Shown here: positions 26,577 to 36,206 of the stretch, in pieces
How the letters are laid out: each line of letters opens with the position of its first letter
Position numbering within the stretch: the first letter of the stretch is position 1
Assembly (NCBI GenBank): GCA_023140775.1
Contig: JAGLLA010000012.1
Span: 1-50,810 of the forward strand
Reading direction: 5' to 3'
Source: Candidatus Parcubacteria bacterium
GTDB lineage: Bacteria > Patescibacteriota > Minisyncoccia > JAHIHE01 > JAGLIN01
DNA: 50,810 bases
Notes under the pieces: model-generated
Told to the model about the DNA's origin: nothing
Seen by the model: the letters and a program-made list of their open reading frames with translations, nothing else
Database searches by the model: none
Program-made: the position numbers and the translations under genes

Positions 26577-28316
26577 TCATACCACTTCTCCACCGAACAT
26601 TTCCAAAGCCGAATCCATCAGATCGTCACTACTACTGCTCTTTTTCTTTTTTGATCCTAAAGGCATATGATCTTCAATATCATAACCCATACTTTTCGCT
26701 TCATCGTGAGAGATAAACTTGACTAAAACTTCAGTTTCAAAAATTTCTTTCATCACATTTTCAACAATCGTTTTGTTTTCAAATTTGTTTAATTTATCTT
26801 TGTGAAAAGAATATTCACATGAAATCAAAATTTCATTGCCGATAACTGCCACAGGCAAGCACGTTTTCAAGAATGCCGTCAATGAATGATTGTGAGGCTT
26901 AACATCTTCTAATATATCACACCATTCATCTTTGACAAGCTCCAAGCCAATACTGCTTTCTGTGTCAGTGTTTTCCTCTGCTTTTTCACCTTCTGATTCT
27001 GCAATTTTTTCTGCCTTTACTGACTCGGTATTTTTCTCCTCAGCCTCTTCGCTTTTGTTGACGATTGCGTCTCTGATGATAGACTCCCCTTCTTCGATGC
27101 TCTTCTTGATGAAATCTCCTGATTGTTTCACTGATTTTGAAACTTGTTCTGTAATCTTCTTGATCGGCTTGACGATTTTTCTATTATAGTCGTTTTTATT
27201 GTCACTTGTCAATGGTCTTTCATTTTCATCTTCAATAGTAATTTGAGCAATCGCTAATTCAAGTGGAAGCTGAGGAATGATCGCAGATCTAATTCCCTCT
27301 TTTGCCTTAATAAATTCGCGAATAATTTTTACGACTTGCGACAATTTTGCGCCAGAAGAAAGAGTTTTTATTTTTTCAATTTGTTCTTCTGTCATTTCTG
27401 ATGAAAAATGCTTTTCCATTTCTGGACTGATCTTGATCAGCAATAATTTTCTGGCAAACTCAATGATCGAAATTGTAAATTGCTCAATATCATATCCATT
27501 TTCAGTTGTTTCATCTATATATTTAATCGCCTCAGAATATTTTCCTTCCAAAATCAAACTCACCATTTGTATTGAAATTGAAATATCAGCCACAGAAAGA
27601 ATCTCTTGAACATCTTCAAGAGTAATCTTGTCTCCACCAACAGAAAGAATCTGTCCAAAAAGACTTTCACTGTCCCTCATTCCACCATTGGCATTGATTG
27701 CTATAAAGTCTAGAGCTTCTTTGGAAACTTTCACTTTTTCCTTTTCGGCAATTTCAGCGAGACAATTCGTGATTTCAGAAACTTTCAACCTTCTGAAATC
27801 AAACCTTTGACATCTTGAAATTATCGTTGCTGGAATTTTATGTATTTCAGTTGTCGCTAGGATAAAAACGACATGACTCGGTGGCTCTTCCAGTGTTTTC
27901 AAAAGAGCATTAAAAGCTCCTTTGGAAAGCATGTGAATTTCATCAATAATATAAACTTTATATTTTCCAAGTGAAGGAGTAAAATTTATTCTATCGATAA
28001 TGTCTCTCATCTTATCCACTTGGGTGTGGGTCGCAGCATCGATTTCGACCATATCCAAAAACTGATTTTGATTGATACTTTGACAGATCTCACACTGATT
28101 GCAAGGATTTGAGTCTTTTGGATCTTGGCAATTTATGACTTTGGCAAGTATTCTGGCAATTGTAGTTTTGCCAATTCCTCTTGAACCAGAAAATAAATAA
28201 GCATGCGCGACTTTGTCGTTCTTGATTGAATTCTTGATAGTCTTGATGACATGCTGTTGACCCACGACATCATCAAAATTAAGTGGTCTATATTTTCGAT
28301 ACAAAACTTCACTCAT
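26577..28316 (-). CDS. dnaX: DNA polymerase III subunit gamma/tau
   Basis: YRPLNFDDVVGQ, Walker A GSRGIGKTT, zinc module CNQCEIC, YIIDEIHMLS, SRCQRFDF. Confidence 0.9.
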   Translation of the reverse strand: MSEVLYRKYRPLNFDDVVGQQHVIKTIKNSIKNDKVAHAYLFSGSRGIGKTTIARILAKVINCQDPKDSNPCNQCEICQSINQNQFLDMVEIDAATHTQVDKMRDIIDRINFTPSLGKYKVYIIDEIHMLSKGAFNALLKTLEEPPSHVVFILATTEIHKIPATIISRCQRFDFRRLKVSEITNCLAEIAEKEKVKVSKEALDFIAINANGGMRDSESLFGQILSVGGDKITLEDVQEILSVADISISIQMVSLILEGKYSEAIKYIDETTENGYDIEQFTISIIEFARKLLLIKISPEMEKHFSSEMTEEQIEKIKTLSSGAKLSQVVKIIREFIKAKEGIRSAIIPQLPLELAIAQITIEDENERPLTSDNKNDYNRKIVKPIKKITEQVSKSVKQSGDFIKKSIEEGESIIRDAIVNKSEEAEEKNTESVKAEKIAESEGEKAEENTDTESSIGLELVKDEWCDILEDVKPHNHSLTAFLKTCLPVAVIGNEILISCEYSFHKDKLNKFENKTIVENVMKEIFETEVLVKFISHDEAKSMGYDIEDHMPLGSKKKKSSSSDDLMDSALEMFGGEVV

Positions 28317-28413
28317 ATAAAAATAAAATTATGTTTTAGATTATAAATTAAAAATAAAGCCTGAAAGCTTATATTTTTATGTAAAAAGACATTCAGCAAT
28401 AGCTCAACAATAT

Positions 28414-29121
28414 CTATGACAAATCATCAGAAATCCCATCATCATTATCTTCATGATAGCTAAATTCAGCTTCTTTTTTCATTTCTTCGACGCTAGGTGT
28501 CCATTCGTCTTCGATTAGTTCGTCTTTTGGTTCGTCTTTTGGTTTTTCCTGCTTAACCTCTTCTTTCTCTTCTATTGGTTCCGAAACAGCTTCTTCCTGC
28601 ATTGCACTGTCTGCTGAACTTTCCATAACAGCTTCAATTGCAGCCCAGCTACTTATTTTCTCTTTTGGTACAACCAAGGTCACTTCATTACCCTCTTCTG
28701 CTTTGAAATATGTCAAAGAAGCAAGAAGTACATTATATTTTCTTCCTTCAGAAAGAGCATAGTATTTATCATTTGAATCCTTGAGAATCGTTCCAATGAT
28801 CTGTCTTCTGTCTGCTGGAGAAATTTGCTTATAAAGAAATCTTCCGTCTTCGGTAATTGTCAATTTCAACAAATCTCCTTCAATTAGCTTTGATTTACTT
28901 GCGTAATTTACTGGTACTGGATATTTTTTACCATCAAGTCCGATCATCTTTTCTCCATCAAAAGTTCCTTCAATGATTTGGCTTGCCTCAGACACAACCA
29001 TCTTTCTACTAGGACTAGAGTCGATTTGAGATATAATCTGCTTGGCAGCAACAATATTCCTTTCAGCATTTTCAATCATTTGACGCAAAAGAACGATTTT
29101 GCTTTGTTTTTGTTCTTCCAT
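28414..29121 (-). CDS. Conserved-looking hypothetical protein with an acidic tail
   Basis: 235-aa ORF with normal composition and an acidic C-terminus. No family recognised. Confidence 0.5.
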   Translation of the reverse strand: MEEQKQSKIVLLRQMIENAERNIVAAKQIISQIDSSPSRKMVVSEASQIIEGTFDGEKMIGLDGKKYPVPVNYASKSKLIEGDLLKLTITEDGRFLYKQISPADRRQIIGTILKDSNDKYYALSEGRKYNVLLASLTYFKAEEGNEVTLVVPKEKISSWAAIEAVMESSADSAMQEEAVSEPIEEKEEVKQEKPKDEPKDELIEDEWTPSVEEMKKEAEFSYHEDNDDGISDDLS

Positions 29122-29330
29122 GTTTTTATTTTTATTTTGTTATTTTTGATATGTTCAATACTGTAAGTATATCAGATTATTAGGATTTGTAAAATAAACC
29201 AGAAATGAGAAGTTAAGCTAATCAATGGCATTTGTTTTTCTTTTAAATAGACCTACAAACAAAAATGATCAATCTCAATTCTTTTTTTGTAAGTGTGATT
29301 TCCTACTAATCAGAATTTAAATCGAAGCTC

Positions 29331-29359
29331 TTGACATAATTTAAAAAATATGTTATTTT
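29331..29359 (+). promoter_or_regulatory. Sigma70-like promoter upstream of a long structured efp leader
   Basis: TTGACA (29331-29336), 17-nt spacer, extended -10 TGtTATTTT (29351-29359). Confidence 0.45.
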
Positions 29360-29609
29360 TGCATTGTTGTTGATTAAGGAATGTCAGGTGTAAGACCATA
29401 CCTGAATTAATCAACTATGCCACATTGTTGGCAAGGCAAGAGGAAACAGCTCGTTTCACTACCTCCTTTTTTCCTCTTGTCTCAATTTCTTCTTCGAATA
29501 ATATAGACTATTGATATGTCTGTTTTTTTATGACAAAATTCACTCCTTGCCAAAAATATATTAATAAGATACCTTTAAATGTATAAGGTAATCTATAAAA
29601 ATAAACAAT

Positions 29610-30179
29610 ATGTCAACAATTGCTTTCAAAGAGATCAAAAAGGGCACCACAATCCTAATTGAAGGAGAGCCATATGAGGTTGTCGACCGATCTTTCCGCG
29701 CCAAACAACAAAGAGAGGCGATGGCGACAGTTATCATGAAGAATCTTTTAACAGGCAAGGTTCTGACCAAAAACTTTCAATCCTCTGCTCAAGTCGAAGA
29801 AATAACACTTGATGAATCAAGAGCGCAATTTTTGTATAAAGATGGAGAAGAATACAATTTTATGGATCAAGAGACATATGACCAATTTGCTTTGACAGAA
29901 GATCAACTGGGAGATTCCGTAAAATACCTCAAAGAAGAAATTATTGCAAAGATCAAAAAATTCAACGATAAGCCGATTGACATCATATTGCCTGCAGAAG
30001 TAAGTCTAGAAGTTATCGACGCCCCTCCTGGACTCAAAGGTGACACAGTACAGGGTGGCGGATCAAAAACCGTGACCCTTGAAACAGGAATGCAGATCAA
30101 TGTTCCCCTATTCATCAAAGAGGGAGACAAACTCATCATCAAGACAAAAACTGGAAATTTTGACAGAAGAGAGAATTAA
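29610..30179 (+). CDS. efp: Elongation factor P (atypical beta3-beta4 loop)
   Basis: [16 protein letters not shown]..., three-domain length (189 aa), C-terminal [32 protein letters not shown]. Confidence 0.85.
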   Translation: [189 protein letters not shown]

Positions 30180-30348
30180 ATTACAAATAAATCAACTGAT
30201 GGCAAATTTGTAAATAATGTCATACAAAAGATACGAAAGCTCGAATAATATTTGTTTAGTTTACAAACTTCTGAATCTTTCCGATTAACGAACCATTTCA
30301 AGAAGATGAAAACGTACATCTATATTCTAAAAATACTAAATCAACCAT

Positions 30349-31221
30349 ATGGAACTTTGGCATTTATTAATTACAGGTTCAGTTTTCACAATGGTCACTG
30401 GACAGTTTATTGGGAAAATTTTTATTAACAAGCTACATCCATATCAAATTCTTTTTTATCAATACATAGCATCAATATCTCTTGTCTCAATTTATATTTA
30501 TTTTTTGAAACAAAGTGATGCTTTTTTTGATATTCCAATTTGGTTTATTGTGATTGGCTTTATGTATGCCATAGGAATCACCTCAAAATATCATGCCCAA
30601 AAACAATCTCTCTCGAAAACCAGTATTATGGCAAACTTCACAAGCTTCATTCCCATTATTTTATCAATATTATTCTTAAGTGAATACAAAATATTTTATA
30701 TCGAAGGACTAGAAGGAATAAAAAAAGTTACGGGACTAACGTTAACTGCTGTTGCACTATACTTTTTTTATAAGAAAAAATCTCATCATGGCAGTGAGGA
30801 ATCATTCAATTTTAAAATTTGGATAAAATGGATTTCAATTCATGTCTTGATTATTGGTCTGGCTAGTTTTATCGTGAAATATGCCGTAAATTTACACGAA
30901 CCATTATCAATTCTTCGTCTTCAATATCTCGGATCATTTATATTTATTATTCTCATTTGTTTGTATTCCAAAACAAATTTAAGAATTGGTTGGAAAAATA
31001 TCGTTGGCAGTATGTTTATTGGATTTTTTATCTCTTCATCACTAGCGATGCTTTACACATCACTTTCCATAGCTAGCGCAACTCAAGTTTTCTCCATTTC
31101 CACGATTTCAACAACTGTAGCTCTCACAATTATAGGTATTCTTTTTTTCAAAGAAAAATTAACCAAAAAAATGCTTCTACCTTTTATTATTTCCATAGTT
31201 GCGATATATTTATTAAAATAG
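30349..31221 (+). CDS. DMT/EamA-like 10-TM transporter
   Basis: Two roughly 5-TM halves. The assignment rests on topology and size only. Confidence 0.5.
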   Translation: MELWHLLITGSVFTMVTGQFIGKIFINKLHPYQILFYQYIASISLVSIYIYFLKQSDAFFDIPIWFIVIGFMYAIGITSKYHAQKQSLSKTSIMANFTSFIPIILSILFLSEYKIFYIEGLEGIKKVTGLTLTAVALYFFYKKKSHHGSEESFNFKIWIKWISIHVLIIGLASFIVKYAVNLHEPLSILRLQYLGSFIFIILICLYSKTNLRIGWKNIVGSMFIGFFISSSLAMLYTSLSIASATQVFSISTISTTVALTIIGILFFKEKLTKKMLLPFIISIVAIYLLK

Positions 31222-31257
31222 ATATAAATATATTGCGATTATAATGTGACCTACCAA

Positions 31258-31390
31258 AGGAGGCTCTGAAAAACTAATAAATTTCTCTTTGATAATTTAT
31301 TTTTTGTCTTAAATAAAGATTCCCGCCGGAGTTTATGCTGAATTTATTTCAGTGCGGGAATGACAAAAACTGCGTTTTTCAGAGGTTCCT
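31258..31390. mobile_element. MITE-like element with 17-nt terminal inverted repeats and an internal nested palindrome
   Basis: aggaggctctgaaaaac (31258-31274) versus gtttttcagaggttcct (31374-31390), 15/17 complementary. Inside is gattcccgc...ctgaatttatttcag...gcgggaatgac (31318-31364). Confidence 0.5.
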
Positions 31391-31681
31391 AAAGAAAGAG
31401 ATGTATGTGTATATGTGTAATAATTGCGATAAAATAATCAAGTAAATAAGGGAGGTGCTAGAAGGTCTAAATAGTAATTCCACTAGAAATCAAAAAAATG
31501 TGATGAGTGTAATAAGAGAATTACTTTCCAAAAAATTGAGAGAGAAATAAAAGTGTAGTAAGATTCACAAAACAATTAAGTTTTTTGAATATTCTTTTAT
31601 CTATGAAGACTTAACACTAATTGACAATATAAATTATCAATTCCTCTATTAGATATCGAGGAATTAAAAAAAGAATATGAA

Positions 31682-31954
31682 ATGTCAAACGCATCAATGA
31701 CGAGTAAATTGTCGTTTAACTATGGCAAAAAAAGACTCATCTTAACATTAAGTTTTTACTGGTACAGCTCCATTACAAACACAAAAACCATCCAAGAAAA
31801 TCAAGAATCTTTAAAAAAGATAGAAAATGAATTTTCTAAGGAAGGATGGTATACTATTGAAAGAGAAAACAACACTTATAAAGGAGATGATGGAAGATTG
31901 GAAAGTCTTCACTGTCAAAAACTAACTATTGAAACAAGAACTGTGTTTATATAA
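31682..31954 (+). CDS. Hypothetical small protein
   Basis: 90-aa ORF preceded by an AATTCCTC/GAGGAATT hairpin. No family recognised. Confidence 0.3.
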   Translation: MSNASMTSKLSFNYGKKRLILTLSFYWYSSITNTKTIQENQESLKKIENEFSKEGWYTIERENNTYKGDDGRLESLHCQKLTIETRTVFI

Positions 31955-31993
31955 ATGGAATATCGAAGCTAAAAATATTTAGCTTCTCTTTTA

Positions 31994-32021
31994 TTGACAT
32001 AACTACAAAATTGATTATACT
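31994..32021 (+). promoter_or_regulatory. Sigma70-like promoter
   Basis: TTGACA (31994-31999), 16-nt spacer, TATACT (32016-32021), about 50 nt upstream of the ATG at 32070. Confidence 0.4.
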
Positions 32022-32069
32022 GATGTCAATTGATAGTTCTTTATTATAATAAAAGCAGGAGAGAAAAAT

Positions 32070-32885
32070 ATGTTAATTGTACCTTGTGTATATGAAATAA
32101 TATACTCTACAAAGCATGGCATTCCTTATATTGGACTAAAAATTCACGAGAAAGCTCTTCAAAAAATTAAACCTTGCTTTAGGGATAATCTACTAGTCGA
32201 TATTCTAACAAAAGAACTTGGACTTCCAGCTTTTCTTGGAAAATGGAGTAAAGATATAGGATTCGGAGGAATTCTGAACCGAATAGAAGGAGGATTGGAT
32301 AAAGACTTTATTACCTTTGTAGCTCAAATACCAAAAGTAGTGAAAAGAAGTGATGACGACTGTGAGCTGTGTATGGGATCAGGAAGAGAGCAATCATTCA
32401 TTGGAGGGGAATGTTTATCCTGTGTAGGTAGTGGCAAAAGATTTGGCATAGACTGGCAAGAAGCATATACAATTTCTGCGAGTTTTACTGTTATTTTAAA
32501 ACTGTTGAATCGTTGTCAGATTACAACTAACGCAACTAATCAACAATTAATAACAGTTCAAACCTATACCTCAAACGGAAATTATGGAGGAGCGTTATCA
32601 GGAGAAGTTAGCTTTGTAATGTATAATTGGCTAAAATCTCATGAACAAGAAATTGATTTGTCAGAAGCTTGTGAGGCATCTAAACTTATATTCAGCACAA
32701 TCTTTGGGTTAGGCGGAAATTCTGCACACATTTTAATCAAAAAAGGAATAATCACGGTAATGCACAATGATTATGGATTGTATACTGAGGTAGATTGTGA
32801 ATTTCATTCTCACGACACCAGGACATCAGGCCATCAATTTATTCTTCTGGCTATACTAGCAATTTTACAAAAAATGGCAAAATAG
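32070..32885 (+). CDS. Hypothetical protein with two DnaJ-type CxxCxGxG zinc motifs
   Basis: CELCMGSG and CLSCVGSG, 11 residues apart. The rest is unrecognised. Confidence 0.5.
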   Translation: MLIVPCVYEIIYSTKHGIPYIGLKIHEKALQKIKPCFRDNLLVDILTKELGLPAFLGKWSKDIGFGGILNRIEGGLDKDFITFVAQIPKVVKRSDDDCELCMGSGREQSFIGGECLSCVGSGKRFGIDWQEAYTISASFTVILKLLNRCQITTNATNQQLITVQTYTSNGNYGGALSGEVSFVMYNWLKSHEQEIDLSEACEASKLIFSTIFGLGGNSAHILIKKGIITVMHNDYGLYTEVDCEFHSHDTRTSGHQFILLAILAILQKMAK

Positions 32886-32936
32886 AATATTACAAAAAAC
32901 ATATCGGTTCGATGTCTCTGACTTGAACCTCTTTTT

Positions 32937-33881
32937 TTATATCCCTTTTAAAACTCTTTTTATATCACCCATGCTTTCAACTTGTACCAACTCCTTTCTG
33001 ATTTCCTTTGCATTTTCAAACCCACGAAAATACCAAAGAAGATATTTTCTCATCTGGATTATTCCATGTTTTCCCATACTCTTATATGCCATTTCGGCAT
33101 GTACTAGGGATGCTTTTTTTATTTCTTCCAACTCAAACTCTTGATATTCTCCTGTTTTCAAGAATTCTTTTGTTTGAGAAAAAAGCCACGGCTTAGTGAG
33201 CGCACCTCTGGCAATTCCAATTCCATCCGCTCCAGTTCTTTGTAACATTCTTCTAGCATCTTCAGGAGAATTAATCCCCCCATTTGCCAAGACTGGAATA
33301 TCAACCAAATTCATTACTTTCTTGATTTGCTCATAATTTATCTCACCTGCAAATCCCTGCTTCAAGCTTCTACCATGAACCATAATCGCCGCAATCGGCA
33401 GGTCATTTAGTTTTTTGATGAATTTATATGCTGTCATCTTTCCCACTTTTGCCCGAATCTTAATCGAAACTGGCAAGTTCGTTCCCCTTAAAGTTTCTTT
33501 GATAATTTCTCTGGCAACCTCTGGCTTGTTCATCAAGGCCGCTCCGCTTCCGCTAGAAAAAACTTTTTTGGCTGGACATCCCATGTTTATATCAATGCCA
33601 TCTGGCCTTATTTTTTCGCTTACAAATTCGGCAGCACTGCTAAAATATTTTGGATCATTGCCAAAAAGCTGAACAACAAAAGGTTGCTCTGATCTTTCAA
33701 ACTCTAATAATTCCAAAGTTCTTTTGCCTTGAAAGCTCAAGGCTGTTGCGCTGGCAAGTTCAGAGTACACCACATCTGCGCCGTGATATTTGCAAATCTG
33801 CCGAAATGACGAAGTGGTATAACCAGCCATGGGAGCCAGGGCTAGAATCGGCTTCTTTATTTTTTTCCAAAAGTTTTTCAT
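32937..33881 (-). CDS. dus: tRNA-dihydrouridine synthase
   Basis: LAPMAGYTTSSFR, DINMGCPAKKV, VSIKIR, MVHGRS: TIM-barrel Dus motifs. Confidence 0.85.
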   Translation of the reverse strand: MKNFWKKIKKPILALAPMAGYTTSSFRQICKYHGADVVYSELASATALSFQGKRTLELLEFERSEQPFVVQLFGNDPKYFSSAAEFVSEKIRPDGIDINMGCPAKKVFSSGSGAALMNKPEVAREIIKETLRGTNLPVSIKIRAKVGKMTAYKFIKKLNDLPIAAIMVHGRSLKQGFAGEINYEQIKKVMNLVDIPVLANGGINSPEDARRMLQRTGADGIGIARGALTKPWLFSQTKEFLKTGEYQEFELEEIKKASLVHAEMAYKSMGKHGIIQMRKYLLWYFRGFENAKEIRKELVQVESMGDIKRVLKGI

Positions 33882-33900
33882 TTAATATATTTTAGATTTG

Positions 33901-33926
33901 TGTCATCCTGAATTTATTTCAGGATC
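33901..33926. repeat. Palindromic repeat (family GTCATyCTGAAyTwrwTTCAGrATC), copy a
   Basis: tgtcatcctgaatttatttcaggatc is self-complementary. Its inverted partner lies at 34032-34057. Confidence 0.7.
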
Positions 33927-34031
33927 TTTTATAAGTTAAAATTTAATTGATATTTAGCTCAACAAATAATAATTTATAAGCAGTATAAAAAAGTTTAGAT
34001 GTTATAAAAAAATTTACCGTAAGACACAGGA

Positions 34032-34057
34032 GATTCTGAAATAAATTCAGAATGACA
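34032..34057. repeat. Palindromic repeat, copy b (inverted relative to copy a)
   Basis: gattctgaaataaattcagaatgaca; its reverse complement matches copy a at 24/26 positions. Confidence 0.7.
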
Positions 34058-34082
34058 TATTAATTATTAATATTGAACCTCC

Positions 34083-34970
34083 TTAATTCTCTTTTCTGAC
34101 AATTATCATCGCTGTTTTTTCTTCTTCAATTTTTTCATGAGAACCGGTTGGATAATCAAGCAATGCGCTTTCCAGGATATCTTCATCATATCTATATTTT
34201 TCTCCATTTCTTGTGCCTGGATCATGTGTGATAAATTCTTTTGCAAGAGGATCATATCCCGAAACCAGAAGATAGTGCGTTGTTGGCCCTGGAGGTGTGT
34301 AATTTGGATTCATCAGTAATCGTCCGTTTGTAGGAACAAGAATCAAATTACCCTTGCTTAATTCTGCCTTGATATCATCCTTGCCAATCTCATATATAAT
34401 TTCCACATTATCATATTTATAATATTTTTGAAATATAATTTCCACAGTATCTTTTGCGCTTGTATCTTGAAAAGTTCCAAGTTCTTTTTCCTCCAGCACA
34501 GAAATCTCATTGATTCTATCATCGGCTTCTTGAGGTGTCAAACCTTCTCCCCTGACCCAAGCCATCGCCATAATCACGACCGCCTCTTCACAACCCTCTT
34601 GCTTTCGAACATCACTCCAATTGCCAAAGGGGGCCTGAGCAGAGAAAGGAACTTCCAGTGAAACATTTTTAATCTCCATCTGCTCGACAGAATCTTCCTC
34701 TTTTTTAAGAACTTCCACTTCCACATTCTGCTCAACTTCTTTTTCTTCGAGTACCTTCTCTGTATCTTCACTTTCCTCAATGCCATCAGAATTGTTTAAT
34801 ATATCTTCATCACTTATGTTTTTTTCAAAATCTTCCAGAGTATCTTCTATTTTTTGATCTGTATATTGATCGCTTTTTAAATTGATATAAAAATTAACCG
34901 CACCAACAAAAACAATCGTCATCACGATAAACAGGAAAAACATATTAATTATTTTTTTTATTGTTTTCAT
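34083..34970 (-). CDS. Membrane-anchored C39-like cysteine peptidase domain protein
   Basis: N-terminal TM, acidic linker, then VPFSAQAPFGNWSDVRKQEGCEEAVVIMA ... HYLLVSGYD, resembling peptidase_C39-like domains. Confidence 0.55.
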   Translation of the reverse strand: MKTIKKIINMFFLFIVMTIVFVGAVNFYINLKSDQYTDQKIEDTLEDFEKNISDEDILNNSDGIEESEDTEKVLEEKEVEQNVEVEVLKKEEDSVEQMEIKNVSLEVPFSAQAPFGNWSDVRKQEGCEEAVVIMAMAWVRGEGLTPQEADDRINEISVLEEKELGTFQDTSAKDTVEIIFQKYYKYDNVEIIYEIGKDDIKAELSKGNLILVPTNGRLLMNPNYTPPGPTTHYLLVSGYDPLAKEFITHDPGTRNGEKYRYDEDILESALLDYPTGSHEKIEEEKTAMIIVRKEN

Positions 34971-35014
34971 ATTTTGAAATTAACTCGTTCTTAACTATCA
35001 GAGATTTAGAAAAC

Positions 35015-35434
35015 TTAAGATTTTAAACTTTTTATAAAAGACACCAGACTTCCTCGATCGCAAGACTCAAATTCCAAACTTTCATAAAAATTCCTAATAG
35101 CCCTCGACTCCTCAGTCAAAAGAACACACTGACGAACATCTTTATATCTATTCAGAATTTTTTTAACCAGAGTTGTGACGATTTGTTTTCTTTGATATTT
35201 TCTATGAACTATAATATCTTGAATATATATTATCGTAAATCCATCACCAACCACTCGCACAAGACCAACGAGTTTATTGTTATGCCAAGCTGTTATTGTA
35301 GTGAGGGATCTTTTTATTGCTTTTAAGAGGTTTTGCAAGTCTTTTGTATATTCAACCCAACCAACATCATTGTAAAGATTAAAAATATCATCTTTGTCTA
35401 ACTTGACATCAATTTTATAAATTATATCTTTCAT
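35015..35434 (-). CDS. GNAT family N-acetyltransferase
   Basis: LVGLVRVVGDG...IQDIIVHRKYQRKQIVTTLVKKIL (acetyl-CoA binding motif A region). Confidence 0.7.
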   Translation of the reverse strand: MKDIIYKIDVKLDKDDIFNLYNDVGWVEYTKDLQNLLKAIKRSLTTITAWHNNKLVGLVRVVGDGFTIIYIQDIIVHRKYQRKQIVTTLVKKILNRYKDVRQCVLLTEESRAIRNFYESLEFESCDRGSLVSFIKSLKS

Positions 35435-35474
35435 ATTTTATTTATTTGTAATTTATCAAAAAATACGTGAATTT

Positions 35475-36206
35475 TCATTTCTCAAAACTCCCCACAAATT
35501 CCAGTTCCCGTAGAAGTATTTTGGAAACATCTTTTGACATATCTTTTTCCAACACCCCTTCCAATATTATAGGCACTTGGATTTTTGCACTAAAAGACTT
35601 TTTGATCTCCTCTCGATTCGCTGCAAGACTAGAAGGATAATGATTACTGAAATCAGTCTGCCCGCTAAGATGAATATGCCTTAACTTATCTCCCATTACC
35701 TGAATAAAATCTTTTACTGACTCCATTAACGGGTCATTTTCAAATACATGTTGAAAATCAAGCACAAAACCAAAATCATAATTATTTTTTATTTTTTCAA
35801 AATATTCTGGATCAATTCCAATATGATTCCTGATATCCATATTTTCAAGCAAAATCGGCAATCCAGATCTTTCTAGTACCGAAAGACTCTCAATCGTGTT
35901 CGGATGAAAAACAATTCCAGATACCTCAAAAGTCTCACAAAGAAACTTCAACTTTTCAATCATTTTTTTGGACTGCAAACTGAAATTATATTTTGAATTC
36001 TTGTCATTCGGGGCATGAAGTGAAACAAATTTATACTTTTCGATATCACTGACAATCTCCTTTGAGGTCTGAAAATTCTCCAATTGATTTGAATCATTAA
36101 ACATAATTTCAAGAGCATCAGCTCCAAGCTGACTATATAGTTTAATTCTCTGATAAACATTAATGTCTAGTTTATAAAGACATCCAGTCGAAAATCCTGT
36201 GATCAT
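35475..36206 (-). CDS. Xylose-isomerase-like TIM-barrel protein (sugar phosphate isomerase/epimerase family)
   Basis: MITGFSTG..., GADALEI, VSLHAP, IVFHPN, LLENM, HIHLS pattern. I prefer the internal Met at 36206 over the upstream start at 36299. Confidence 0.5.
   Translation of the reverse strand: MITGFSTGCLYKLDINVYQRIKLYSQLGADALEIMFNDSNQLENFQTSKEIVSDIEKYKFVSLHAPNDKNSKYNFSLQSKKMIEKLKFLCETFEVSGIVFHPNTIESLSVLERSGLPILLENMDIRNHIGIDPEYFEKIKNNYDFGFVLDFQHVFENDPLMESVKDFIQVMGDKLRHIHLSGQTDFSNHYPSSLAANREEIKKSFSAKIQVPIILEGVLEKDMSKDVSKILLRELEFVGSFEK

Noticed and set aside
26620-26660. Programmed -1 frameshift site in dnaX (A AAA AAG heptamer)
   Set aside because: The heptamer, in tca aaa aag aaa aag, lies about 25 codons from the C-terminus. 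A shift there could not produce a gamma-type truncated product.
29369-29415. SRP (4.5S) RNA, because of a GTCAGGT string in a long hairpin
   Set aside because: It lacks the conserved GGAA-tetraloop / AGCA asymmetric-loop arrangement of domain IV. The apical loop is gtaagaccat.
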